From NCBI RefSeq assembly GCF_009914755.1, contig NC_060925.1: a stretch of DNA of 64,000 nucleotides; one strand, 5' to 3'. The stretch comes from the human T2T-CHM13v2.0 reference genome, Homo sapiens. The translations under genes were made by a program, and so were the position numbers. Of the stretch, positions 11,053 to 26,494 are shown piece by piece; position 1 is the stretch's first letter, and each line of letters begins with the position of its first letter. Below the pieces are notes generated by a model. The model was not told where the DNA came from and ran no database searches. It saw nothing but the letters and a program-made list of their open reading frames with translations.

Positions 11053-11308
11053 GGCTTCAGGGCTGACTCACGGACTGACCCTGGCCAGCTGTCTCTAACT
11101 GACCAGCCTCTAGCTGACCAGTTAACCAGCTAACTGACTGACTCTGACTGACTGGCTGACCAGCTGGCTGGGTGAATGACTAACCAACCAACTATCTTGG
11201 TAACTGCCTAACTGACCAGCTGTTGCTTGGGGAGCCCATTGAGCAACTGACTAGCTGATTGCCTGACTAATTGGCTGGTTGGCTGACTAGCTGGGGTGAC
11301 CCAGTCAA
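11044..11308. repeat. Degenerate (CTGA/CTAA/CCAG/CTGG)n tetranucleotide array
   Basis: Period-4 low-complexity sequence continuing from the L2 tail. Confidence 0.8.
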
Positions 11309-12409
11309 GTTTCCAGTCACATCCTTTACCAAGTGCAAGCCAGTGCCGCAGGGCTCTCCCATGTGTGGAGTGACAGGTCTGGGCCCCTTCTAGAGAGATA
11401 GGGAATTTGGCAAATGCTCAAAACCAGGGGAACCTATTTAGACAAGAACCAGCAGTAACAACATATCTGGAATCCTGGGGTCTACCTTGTCAGTGGGGTG
11501 GGCTAAGATGGGTGAGTGGGTCAGCTGGGGCACTGGCAAGACTGTGAAATGACCCAGGCCTCCTCAGAACTGGTTGCTGGTGGCTCAGTGCCACAACACC
11601 CTTCCCACTGGTCGTCTGTCCCCAAACCCCTCGCCGTGGTCTTGGCCCTCTGTCCCACCCCTCTACACGCCCACCCTCTTTTCCCCACTTGCTTATTCTC
11701 AGGCCCGTCCCAAGCTTTCCTCTTCCCCCTCAAGATTTCACTTGGAGAGGGAATCCAGGGCAGGGGCTACATCCAGATCCCACTTGGCCCGGCAGGTCCA
11801 GCCCTAAGGTGGTCTCCAGGCCAGGCACCAGTGGCCTTGGAGAGATTGAGTGCCAGCCCCTAGAGTGACTGCTGCTGTGATTTGAGAAGTGAGAGAGAGA
11901 AACATAGAGGCAGAGACTAAGATAGGGACTCAGAGCCACAGAAAATGCAGACACCAGCACCTCAGCCCTAAGCAGCTAGAAGATGGGGCAGCAGGCTGGA
12001 ACTCGCTCACTGGGTCCTTCTCCCCTCCTGGGCCCTAGCTGGGCCTGTGGCCTGGCTGTACCCAGCATGGCTCATGTCCAGTTTATGGTTCCCCTTCTTT
12101 CCCTCTAGAGCATGGGAATGGGCAGGGAGCCAGAGGCTGTGGTTCCATCTTCCCTCCTTACCCAGTAGGGCCTATGGATGTTAGGGAGGGAGGCTCCACA
12201 CAAGGTCCAAAGTCAAACTGTTGGATGGGGTCCAGGGGATTTCTGCTCTGGGAACAAAGCGTCCTGAGGATGCTGGGCAAGAGGACAAGGATGGGGGTGG
12301 AAGGCGAGAGGACAAGGCCCTGACTCCCATGGATGATGCGGGAGGCAAGGCCCTCGGCCCATCCAGGAGGGGCTGGGTTGCTTAGGGGTCGCGTGCCAAA
12401 TGACAGTGT

Positions 12410-12419
12410 GGGAATTTCC
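12410..12419 (+). promoter_or_regulatory. Perfect NF-kB motif GGGAATTTCC in the last intron
   Basis: Exact GGGRNWYYCC match; occupancy unknown. Confidence 0.4.
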
Positions 12420-13754
12420 TTGTCCTGGCACTGCCTCTAGACTTTTCCTCTCTGGCCCAAGTTGTTCCTCTTCAGCTAGCTCTGCCCTACTGTCTTGAAC
12501 ATCATATGTGATGCCCCTCTGATGAAATGAAAGATTCTTCTTTGCTAGTGTTAGCAGGAATCACCCTTTGTTCACTGGACCAAGGCCAATGAGATGACCT
12601 CGCCTGAGGAGGGGTCCAAAGACATTCAAGTGCCCGCTTCGCTCCTTGTCAGAGCCCTCTGCTTGAGCAGTAACCCCTCTTCCCAGCCCTGCCCAGACCT
12701 CTCCCGGGCCCCGTTATCTTCCACTGAGGCCCTGATTCCCCAGGAGGAGGTAGGAGGTGAGGCCAGTTGGGCCAGAGGCCTGGGCTGGTGCCAGAGAAAG
12801 CTGCCTGGTCTCTCTGTGGTGTCTGGAAAGGCCAGGGAAGGGAGGAAAGGAAGTCCTGCCTGCAGCACCGCCAGCAGCCCACAGGAATGCCACACCTCCC
12901 AATCCATGTCCTCAACGACCCTCCCCGCATTCCCACTCTGCTGACTAGCCTTTCCTTCTCTCCCACAGCTGGACGCACAGAACAGTCTCTCCGTGGGAGG
13001 AGACATTATGGGGCGTCCACCACCACCCCTCCCTGGCCATCCTCCTGGAATGTGGTCTGCCCTCCACCAGAGCTCCTGCCTGCCAGGACTGGACCAGAGC
13101 AGCCAGGCTGGGGCCCCTCTGTCTCAACCCGCAGACCCTTGACTGAATGAGAGAGGCCAGAGGATGCTCCCCATGCTGCCACTATTTATTGTGAGCCCTG
13201 GAGGCTCCCATGTGCTTGAGGAAGGCTGGTGAGCCCGGCTCAGGACCCTCTTCCCTCAGGGGCTGCACCCTCCTCTCACTCCCTTCCATGCCGGAACCCA
13301 GGCCAGGGACCCACCGGCCTGTGGTTTGTGGGAAAGCAGGGTGGACGCTGAGGAGTGAAAGAACCCTGCACCCAGAGGGCCTGCCTGGTGCCAAGGTATC
13401 CCAGCCTGGACAGGCATGGACCTGTCTCCAGAGAGAGGAGCCTGAAGTTCGTGGGGCGGGACAGCGTCGGCCTGATTTCCCGTAAAGGTGTGCAGCCTGA
13501 GAGACGGGAAGAGGAGGCCTCTGGACCTGCTGGTCTGCACTGACAGCCTGAAGGGTCTACACCCTCGGCTCACCTAAGTGCCCTGTGCTGGTTGCCAGGC
13601 GCAGAGGGGAGGCCAGCCCTGCCCTCAGGACCTGCCTGACCTGCCAGTGATGCCAAGAGGGGGATCAAGCACTGGCCTCTGCCCCTCCTCCTTCCAGCAC
13701 CTGCCAGAGCTTCTCCAGGAGGCCAAGCAGAGGCTCCCCTCATGAAGGAAGCCA

Positions 13755-13766
13755 TTGCACTGTGAA
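13755..13766 (+). promoter_or_regulatory. Overlapping miRNA seed matches (miR-130/301, miR-148/152, miR-128, miR-27)
   Basis: TTGCACTGTGAA contains TTGCACT, TGCACTG, CACTGTGA and ACTGTGAA. Confidence 0.75.
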
Positions 13767-14040
13767 CACTGTACCTGCCTGCTGAACAGCCTGCCCCCGT
13801 CCATCCATGAGCCAGCATCCGTCCGTCCTCCACTCTCCAGCCTCTCCCCAGCCTCCTGCACTGAGCTGGCCTCACCAGTCGACTGAGGGAGCCCCTCAGC
13901 CCTGACCTTCTCCTGACCTGGCCTTTGACTCCCCGGAGTGGAGTGGGGTGGGAGAACCTCCTGGGCCGCCAGCCAGAGCCGGTCTTTAGGCTGTGTTGTT
14001 CGCCCAGGTTTCTGCATCTTGCACTTTGACATTCCCAAGA

Positions 14041-14078
14041 GGGAAGGGACTAGTGGGAGAGAGCAAGGGAGGGGAGGG
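14041..14078 (+). other. G-quadruplex-forming motif in the 3' UTR
   Basis: GGG AA GGG ACTAGT GGG AGAGAGCAA GGG A GGGG A GGG (six G-runs). Confidence 0.7.
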
Positions 14079-14772
14079 CACAGACAGAGAGGCTACAGGG
14101 CGAGCTCTGACTGAAGATGGGCCTTTGAAATATAGGTATGCACCTGAGGTTGGGGGAGGGTCTGCACTCCCAAACCCCAGCGCAGTGTCCTTTCCCTGCT
14201 GCCGACAGGAACCTGGGGCTGAGCAGGTTATCCCTGTCAGGAGCCCTGGACTGGGCTGCATCTCAGCCCCACCTGCATGGTATCCAGCTCCCATCCACTT
14301 CTCACCCTTCTTTCCTCCTGACCTTGGTCAGCAGTGATGACCTCCAACTCTCACCCACCCCCTCTACCATCACCTCTAACCAGGCAAGCCAGGGTGGGAG
14401 AGCAATCAGGAGAGCCAGGCCTCAGCTTCCAATGCCTGGAGGGCCTCCACTTTGTGGCCAGCCTGTGGTGGTGGCTCTGAGGCCTAGGCAACGAGCGACA
14501 GGGCTGCCAGTTGCCCCTGGGTTCCTTTGTGCTGCTGTGTGCCTCCTCTCCTGCCGCCCTTTGTCCTCCGCTAAGAGACCCTGCCCTACCTGGCCGCTGG
14601 GCCCCGTGACTTTCCCTTCCTGCCCAGGAAAGTGAGGGTCGGCTGGCCCCACCTTCCCTGTCCTGATGCCGACAGCTTAGGGAAGGGCAGTGAACTTGCA
14701 TATGGGGCTTAGCCTTCTAGTCACAGCCTCTATATTTGATGCTAGAAAACACATATTTTTAAATGGAAGAAA

Positions 14773-14778
14773 AATAAA
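14773..14778 (+). terminator. Possible proximal polyadenylation signal AATAAA
   Basis: Hexamer in A-rich context only; usage unknown. Confidence 0.35.
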
Positions 14779-15019
14779 AAGGCATTCCCCCTTCATCCCC
14801 CTACCTTAAACATATAATATTTTAAAGGTCAAAAAAGCAATCCAACCCACTGCAGAAGCTCTTTTTGAGCACTTGGTGGCATCAGAGCAGGAGGAGCCCC
14901 AGAGCCACCTCTGGTGTCCCCCCAGGCTACCTGCTCAGGAACCCCTTCTGTTCTCTGAGAAGTCAAGAGAGGACATTGGCTCACGCACTGTGAGATTTTG
15001 TTTTTATACTTGGAAGTGG

Positions 15020-15090
15020 TGAATTATTTTATATAAAGTCATTTAAATATCTATTTAAAAGATAGGAAGCTGCTTATATATTTAATAATA
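15020..15090 (+). promoter_or_regulatory. AU-rich element region of the CSF1 3' UTR
   Basis: ATTTA at 15041, 15053 and 15080 in AT-rich context immediately before the poly(A) signal. Confidence 0.8.
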
Positions 15091-15092
15091 AA
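15087..15092 (+). terminator. CSF1: Major polyadenylation signal AATAAA
   Basis: AATAAA, ~18 nt to a CA, then G/U-rich sequence (ttgcttttggggtgtgggt). Confidence 0.88.
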
Positions 15093-15758
15093 AGAAGTGC
15101 ACAAGCTGCCATGTGAGTCGTGGGAAAGTTGCTTTTGGGGTGTGGGTGGCAAACATCAGGGTGGGTGGGCAGCAGTTGCCGGATGAACCCCAGCTCAGAG
15201 AACCTTTTTCCACAAAACACAGGGGAGGAAGGTTCTCTCCAAGTTTCAGTCTTGGTACCAAAACCTCCTGTATTATTGCTGTCCCAAACACATTCATCTG
15301 CATATCTGCTCGTATTGGGCAGAAAGTGGCCAAACATCAGGCCTGGTCACTGGCCCCTGCTCCTGCCCAGCCTAGCCCAGCCTGGGAAAATGGCTGGTTG
15401 GGCTCTGTCCAAGGGCCCCGGCGGCCTGCAAGGATAAGGCTCCTTGACTGCTGAGCCCTGCTGACCAGGGCAGAGGTTGCTGGCTAGATCCTTGCAGACT
15501 CTGAGGTGAATGAATTCTGTTTCCAGGCTGGGAAGTGAGTGTGGTTAGCAGGGGAGAGCCAGGAGTCCGTGTAAGGGCCCTCGTTCGGGCTCGACCTTCC
15601 TACTGGAGCTGGAGAGGAGACTGAGGGTGTGGCTTTCCATGGGGAGAGGGGTGTTAGGCAGGGCCAGAGGAGTTGAAGGCCCAAACATACACCCTGGGCA
15701 AAGCTATGACAAGAGGGGCCTCCCCATCCCTGAGGGAGTGGTAGACAGCTTTGGATTA

Positions 15759-15932
15759 GTGGTTCCCAACACTGGCTTCCGGGAGAATCACCTGGATTGT
15801 TTAAAAAAAATACTGATCCCCGAGCCCCACCCTAGATCAACAAAATCGAATCTTAGGGGTGAGGCTCAGGCACCAGATGTCAGAACTTTTAAAAGACATC
15901 TCAGGTGATTCCAATGTGATCCAGGATAAGAA
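15759..15932. mobile_element. MER5A-like hAT MITE
   Basis: agtggttcccaac...agaatcacctgg...caggtgattccaatgtg. Confidence 0.7.
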
Positions 15933-15942
15933 GTATCTAGAG

Positions 15943-16125
15943 CTGCACTGTCAGGTAGGGTGGCTATTTAAGTTTAAATTAATTAGAATGAAATAAAAGT
16001 AAACATTCAGTTCCTTACCTGTACTATCCACATGTCAAGGGCTCAGTAACTACATGTGGCTACCATGTTGGACAGCACAGAAATACAACATTTGCATCAT
16101 TCCAGAAATTCTACTGGACAGTGCT
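15943..16125. mobile_element. MER3-like hAT MITE
   Basis: gcactgtc...tttaaattaatt...ttggacagcacag...ctggacagtgct. Confidence 0.7.
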
Positions 16126-17020
16126 ACCCCAAAGATTAGGTCCTTGGACTTAGGGACCAAGGATACAGGGCCAAGATTGGCATCAAGCACATTTGACCAG
16201 GGGCTAGGTGTTCAGGTGTCTCAGTCACCCCTTTCTGTGCCCTCACCCCTGCCACCCTGTCCCTTGTCATTTCCCTTAAGATGGCTCTTCCCTTTCTATC
16301 AAAAGAGCTACAGAAAAGATTTTTGAAGAAACTTACATTTTATCCTTCAAGGCCCCTCTGAGAAGCCTTCCCAGCCTGACTCAAGCTCCTGAGGCCCACC
16401 CAGGTTCAATTCCTTCCTCCCCTGTGCTTCTACAGATTTGGAATTTGGAGTCTGTTTGTCTGTCTGTCCCACCAGGCCATGGTCAGTGGCAGACACTGCT
16501 ACATCCCTCCTTTTATTAAAGGGGGACATGCGCCTAGTGCCTTAGCGCCTAAGAGTATCTGGCACACAGTAGGTGCTCAGTAACTGTGTGCCAAAGGTTA
16601 ATACTTAAAGCATGAACAGAGGCATCATAATGCAAATTCTGACCAGACGTAAGGGGTGGCCTTTTCTAGAGGCCTTATTGGTATTAGCAAATGAGATTAG
16701 TATCTAATAACTACTGTTCAATGGCCAAGCAGAAGGATTTTCAGCAGAGGAGTCTTCCTGGCTTCTGACAGAAATGGGGCTAGTTAGAGCCCTTCCTGAT
16801 CACTGGGCTGTGGTGGATGGAATGTACACTTCAAAGCCTCTAAGCAAGGATTGGTGATGAGGACAGCAAAGACCCCTTCCCCTTAGCTGCCTCTCTGGAA
16901 CCCCCAGAAAGACCTGAGAATCTCGGCAGGCCTTTCCTGGGCTTCATGTGCTGCAGGGGCTGCTTGGGAAGCATCATACCTATAGAGCAATATTCGCTTT
17001 GAATTGAGAACCAGAGAACT

Positions 17021-17325
17021 GGCTGAGCGTGGTGGCTTATACCTGTAACCCCAGCGCTTTAGGGAGGCTGAGGTGAGAGGATCACTTGAGCCCAGGAGTT
17101 TGAGATCAGCCTGGGCAACATAATGAGACTCCATTTCTACAAACAAAAACTAGCCAGATGCGGTGGCACACACCAGTAGTCCCAGCTACATGGGAGACTG
17201 AGATGGGAGGATAGCTTGAGCCAGAAGGTTGAGGCTGCAGTCAACCCAGATCATACCACTGTACCTCAGCCTGGGAAATGAAGCAAGACCCTGTCTCAAA
17301 AACACCAAAACCCAAAAAACAACAG
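17021..17325 (+). mobile_element. Alu (AluJ-like)
   Basis: Alu consensus resemblance. Confidence 0.9.
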
Positions 17326-17433
17326 AAATTGGGTTCTTGGCTTGAATCTCTCACTGGCTCTTACTGTTTGACCTTGAGTAAGTATTTAACCTCTCTGAGC
17401 CTCAGGTTTCTCCTCATCTGTAGAACTAGTTTA

Positions 17434-17949
<516 letters not shown>

Positions 17950-18606
17950 TCAGAGGAAGGTGGCAGAGCTGGGTGCTTCCCACAGGGATGAGTAGTTAGA
18001 GATCTTGTTGCTCAGGGATTTCTGGCTGACAAGAAGAGCCAGGTAGGAGACTGGAGTGGAAAGTGGCCTTGGGTTGCTACGGGTGCCGGTGAGCAGGCAG
18101 GGTCAGGAACTCTGGCTTGGACTATATAAGCAGAGGCCACGGCCAAACCCCAAACCACTATCCGGCCAGAGGCAGGAAAGTGAATCAGAGGAGACGAGGA
18201 AGAAGCCTGAGGTTAACCTCGTGCAGACTGTGGGCCGTGGCAAGAAAGGAGTTGGTGACAGGACTAGATGCAGGGCCTGGGTGGGTGTCCAAAGACCCCT
18301 TGAATAAGGCACTAAAGTCATTTGGTGAAGGCAGTGGCCAGGGAGCCCTGAAGAAAAAAAGCCACATTTCCCAGTGAGCACATGTCCCCTGCCCCAGTGA
18401 AAGCCTCCTCTGCCAGAGCAGCACTTTTGTTTGCTGGTTTCCCTCTTCAGGCTCTAGGATTAGGGGAGTGACCAGGCTCTGCTCCTGAATGCTGGGACTG
18501 CTGAGGGAGCAAGTGGACCACACTAGCTTGGAAAGCCCCATGGTGAAGCGGCTGGACCACAGGAAAGCCCACAGGTTGACCCCCATGGCACCATCTAGAG
18601 TCCATA

Positions 18607-18640
18607 CTGACTCAGCTCCACTACTGGGTGGCTGAGTCAG
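18607..18640. promoter_or_regulatory. Inverted pair of AP-1/ARE-type motifs
   Basis: ctgactcagc (18607-18616) and gctgagtcag (18631-18640). Confidence 0.45.
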
Positions 18641-20289
18641 AAGAGGCTATGGATCGGGGCAGTGGAGAAGGCTGGGTCAGGCAGTTGTCGAGTGAATTCC
18701 TGGAGGAGGGCTAGGGGAGAACCCTAAGTTGGACTTTAGCCTCTCTGGTCCACAGGCCCCATCCCTGCTCTGAAGTCTTGGACACCTTCCCCCAGCCACT
18801 CTGCTATTTTGTCCTCTTCATGTGTGTGCATCTAGTGAGGTCTGTGAAGGCAAGAGCCTCATCCTTATTTATTCATTTACTTCCCCATTGATTGCCACAC
18901 ACTGAGGACAAAATGGTAAATAAGAGTCAGTGAAGGAGACAGGTATTAGTAAAACAATCACACAAGTAAATATCTAGTCATAAAGTATGAATAGAATTAG
19001 GAAGATACCTAACAGGGAACCTGACCAGGGATGCTGGACTCTGCAGGCCTTCAGGAAGATTAAGACAAAGGAAGCCACATAAGGGTTACAGGCAGTGAGG
19101 CATGGTCTGTTCCTCTTCCTTGTCCAAGACTGTCAACAAGATCAAATGGAAGGCTATTTACTATTTACTGGTATGTATGGGGCACTCTGTAAAAATGCAA
19201 TCACATTCTATTCTACAATAGCCCTGTAAGCAAGGTGCTAATATCCTCATCTGTAGATGTAGAAACTAAGGCTTAGAGAAACTTAACTCAGCCAAGGTCA
19301 CAGCAGCTGGCAAGTAGCAATGCCTGGATTTGAAGCCAGATCTGGCTGTTTTCAAATACAGCATCATAACATCACACTCTAGCAGACATTTAACAAATGC
19401 TTCTTGCACAAAATGGACAGCTCGTGCCAGCTTGGTGGGCTTTGAGGGTCCCCAGGGCCTTAGAATTCTCCTTCTTCCTCCCCTCAAAAGGATTGTGTAG
19501 TCTGAAACTGGGCAAAAGGTGCTTATGACAGACTCCTGTTTTCTCAGTCTTGCTGCTATCCCTAAATCCACCAGGAAAGAAGAGGGACCTCTCCTGGGTG
19601 GTGTGTCCACTGCCTGGGCCTCTGAAAAAGGCCTCTCTTGACTGTCAGTCCCTCCTTCTGGCTTCTCTTGGCTTGAGTCCTTTGTGACCCATGTGTTTCC
19701 TTCCTGCCCACCCTTTGGACCTATCCCAACCACCTGGTTAATTATTGAGCCAGGTGACACCTGGCCGTTGATCACTCCAGCTGGCAGCAGCTTTGTCATC
19801 ATTCTTATTTTGCCTGATTACGATTTCCCGGAAGAAAGGGCTAGAAATTTGTTCTCCCACACCCAGCCAGATCTCCAGGGGAGGTTGTCCAGGCCTGGGC
19901 TGGGGTTGCATGGGCAAGGCTGGATCAGGACCACCAAGTGTGACATCTGCAGGCTCAATATGCTCTAGTGATTCTGGGGAGACAGGCCAAAGACTAGGGG
20001 CTGAGGAATCTCACGGGTAGGAGCAGGGCCCTCACCTGGCCTGTGATATTTGGGGGATCTTCCAAGAGGTGTGACTATCAGAGGGCACTATTGGTACGCT
20101 TTCCATGTTGGTTTTCCTGAAAAGAGCTCCATGCCCACATGCAGGAAACTGTCTCTGTCTACTCTCCTGAAGAAGAGTTTCAAGTTTGAAGCTCTTTGGG
20201 TATTTGGGCCCAAGTCCTCTGCTATGTTCAGAGTATTTCTCTGTATTAACAACAACAACAACAACAAATCCTGGGGAAGGGGGTAAAAA

Positions 20290-22600
<2,311 letters not shown>

Positions 22601-23031
22601 ATTTTTCTATGAAAACCTCACTCTCGAGGAACCAGCAAAAAATGGGGAGCCTGAACTCCCTGAGGAGGGGAGGTATGCATATCCTCTTTGTTCCTCAGCC
22701 CTACGCTTTACTCATACCTTAACATAAAATATCCAGCATTCCTTAGCTTTGCATGCCCTTTCCCAGAAAATATGTTTTCTCCTCACAACAACCTTGTGAG
22801 GCAGGCTTTATAATATCAGTTTTAGAAGTGAGGGCTCTGAGGCTCAGAGAGGTTAGGTAAACAGCTCAAAGACACACAGCCAGTTAATGTGAGAGTTGGG
22901 ATTAGAGTGAGGTCTATCTTACTCAGGACTCTTTCTTCCACAGCTCAGCTCAGCACATGGCTATCAGAAATGCTGGCTTTTCCTTTGTTTCTTTTCTAAG
23001 TTTTAATTGTGGCAAATATAAAACATGTACC

Positions 23032-23349
23032 GGCTGGGCACAGTGGCTCACACCTGTAATACCAGCACTTTGGGAGGCTTAGGCAGGTAGATTGCTTGAG
23101 TCCAGGAGTTTGAGACCAGCCCTGGGTGATATGATGAAACCTCCCTCTACAAAATATACAAAAATTAGCTGGGTGTGGTGATGCATGCCTGTAGTCCCAG
23201 CTGCTCAGGAGGCTGAGGCAGGAGGATCATTTGAGCCCAGGAGGCTCTTGCAGTGAGCTGCAAGATCATGTGATCTTACAGTGAGCTGAGATCATGCCAC
23301 TGCACTTCTGCTTGGGCAACAGAGCAAGATCCTGTCTCAAAAAAAAAAA
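23032..23349 (+). mobile_element. Alu (AluJ-like)
   Basis: Alu consensus resemblance, A-tail. Confidence 0.9.
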
Positions 23350-24114
23350 GTACCAAAATAAACAGATAGTAAAATGAAATCCCATGTACTCATCACTCAG
23401 CTTGAACAATTAAGCCAATATTCATCCATCTATGTTACCACACACTATTCCCTACCGCTACCTCATTATTTTGAAACAAATCCCACATATACCCATTCAA
23501 ACATAATGATTTCAGTATGAATCTTTAAAAGATAAAGATTGGTTTTTAAAAACATAACTACAATACTCATCACTTCTAAAAATTAATGATCTCTTAATGT
23601 CATCCAATAATTTGTCTCAAATTTTTTTAAGTTTGTTTGAATATGGATCCAATATTCATACATTGCAATTAGTCAATATGTTTCTTAACACTTTTCATCT
23701 ATAGGTCCCCTTCCCCTCATCTCTTTCCCTCAGCAGTTTATCTGATGAAAAACTTGTTTATTTGTCCCATAGAGTTTCCCAGAATCTGAATTTTTTTGGT
23801 TGCAGCCTCAAAGTGTCACTAACATATTCCTCTGTCACTTATATTTTCTACAAATTTGGAAATTCAATCTATAGATTTAATCAGGTTCTGGATCAGTTTT
23901 TTTTGTAAGAACACTTCATAGGTGCTGTTGTATACTTTGATCAGAAGGTTATATAAAACCAGTTTCTCCTTGAAAACACCTTAAATGTCTGATACTAGGA
24001 GAATAGTTATATAATAATAGTTCATCATTTACAGTGGAATTTTATGCAATCATTACCGGTCATAGTTTTTAAAGAATACTGAGTGATATAGGAAATGCTA
24101 ATCATATAATGTTA

Positions 24115-24480
<366 letters not shown>

Positions 24481-24694
24481 TTAGAAGGAACCATTAATTG
24501 CAAGGAAAAATGACTGTATTAATGGAGGCTATTACTAAGAGTTAGAATTATGGGTGATTTAATTTCTTTCTTTATTCCTTCTACATTTTCCAATTTTTAA
24601 TAATACATTTATATTACTTTTGTAATCTGAAAAAATATTTTATAAAACTTGTATTTTTGTAATGAAGTTGTGATTTTTCTGAAGTCATCCACAG

Positions 24695-25205
24695 CAGGGC
24701 CAGGAACTGGTACCAGTCCATAGACTGTTAGGAACCAGGCCGCACAGCAGGAGGTGAGCAGTGGGCCAGTGAGCAAAGCTTCATCTGTATTTACAACCGT
24801 TCCCCATTGCTGGCATTACCACTTGAGCTCGGCCTCCTGTCAGATCAGCAGCGGCATTAAATTCTCATAGGAGCACGAACCCTATTGTGAACTGCACATG
24901 TGAGGGATCTAGATTGCACACTCCTTATGAGAATCTAATGACTGATGATCTGTCATTGTCTCCCATACCCCCAGATAGAACTGTCTAGTTACAGGAAAAC
25001 AAGCTCAGGGCTCCCACTCCCTCTACATTACGGTGAGTTGTATAATTATTTTATTATATATTACAATTTAATAATAATAGAAATAAAATGCACAATAAAT
25101 GTAATGCACTTGAATCATCCCGAAACCATACCCCGCTCCCTGGTTCGTGGAAAAATTGTCTTCCACGAAACCAGTCCCTGGTGCCAAAAAGGCTGGGGAC
25201 TGCTG
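24695..25205 (+). mobile_element. MER1A-like hAT-Charlie DNA transposon with 8-bp TSD ATCCACAG
   Basis: TSD at 24687-24694 and 25206-25213; CAG...CTG termini; MER1-like internal sequence. Confidence 0.88.
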
Positions 25206-26101
25206 ATCCACAGAATGGCAAAATGCTACCTTGAGGCAAGATCTAAACATACTAAACAGTGTGATCATAGAACAAATTGCTAGTCCGTTGCTGGTTGGTC
25301 ACTGGTTGTTTGATGACTCTGAGTGGTTATTTTGGTCACAGAAATTAGTCTGCTGGTCACGGGAGCCTGGCAAGAGTGGAGAAGGGTTCATTAGGAAGGC
25401 CAAGAGAGAAGATCCTTTGGTTCAGCTGGTCTGGCCGGTAGACTTGAGTCTTCAGAAAGCCCAGTCTCACTGCCCTGTGCCCTCTGTCAAATCGTTCACC
25501 ATGAGACCAAATCACTCACACAGCCACAGAGGCGCGATCCCTCTAGCAGCAAAGATCTCCAGCAGGGCTAGACTAGTGTAGCAGCTATGGGAGGCATGCC
25601 CAAGGGTCCTGCCACCAGGACAGCAAGGCCAGACTTGAAATTTGACCAGGACAGAGGAAGATGTGAGATTTCCATTTCTGATTTCAAACTTCTTCTCCTT
25701 CCTGGTCGATGTTAACTTACATCAATACCCTGAACAAAGGAGGCATCAGATACTGACCTGTAAGAAAAGAGGATTAGATTTTAGGATCTCTGAAGCCCCT
25801 TTCCAGCTCTGACACTCTAATCTTTTCTGGACTGGTTTCCTCCAAATTCTATAAACCATTTAAACTCTAAGAAGAGACATTTTTTGTTTCCTCATTCATA
25901 AGTACTAATTTAAATCTATATCCCCACATATAGACCATCTAATTGCAGCAATGTGTCACATACACAAATCTACTCATCATGCCGCTCCACCCTTGGGAGA
26001 CCACAGATCACTAGGACGACCATTCAATCAACCAGTCTCTTCTATGGTGTTCATGTCTTCCTTTAAGTGGATGATTTATTTTAAAACTTTTTTTCTTTTT
26101 A

Positions 26102-26494
<393 letters not shown>

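Larger units (their letters stand above)
12969..15110 (+). other. CSF1: CSF1 distal (major) terminal exon, ~2.1-kb 3' UTR
   Basis: Strong pyrimidine tract cctttccttctctcccacag|CTGGACGCAC with upstream ctgactag branch-like motif; ends after AATAAA 15087 with a GU-rich downstream stretch. Confidence 0.93.

Noticed and set aside
11044-11308. Possible CRISPR-like or regularly spaced repeat-spacer array
   Set aside because: No constant repeat with unique spacers; it is period-4 low-complexity sequence in human DNA, with no cas-like ORFs anywhere in the window
12594-14701. Many overlapping 60-165 aa ORFs in the last intron and 3' UTR
   Set aside because: Expected in GC-rich sequence; no homology or coding signature seen
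19266-19802. 178-aa minus-strand ORF
   Set aside because: Ends in MIR-derived sequence, with no recognisable domain or supported exon structure
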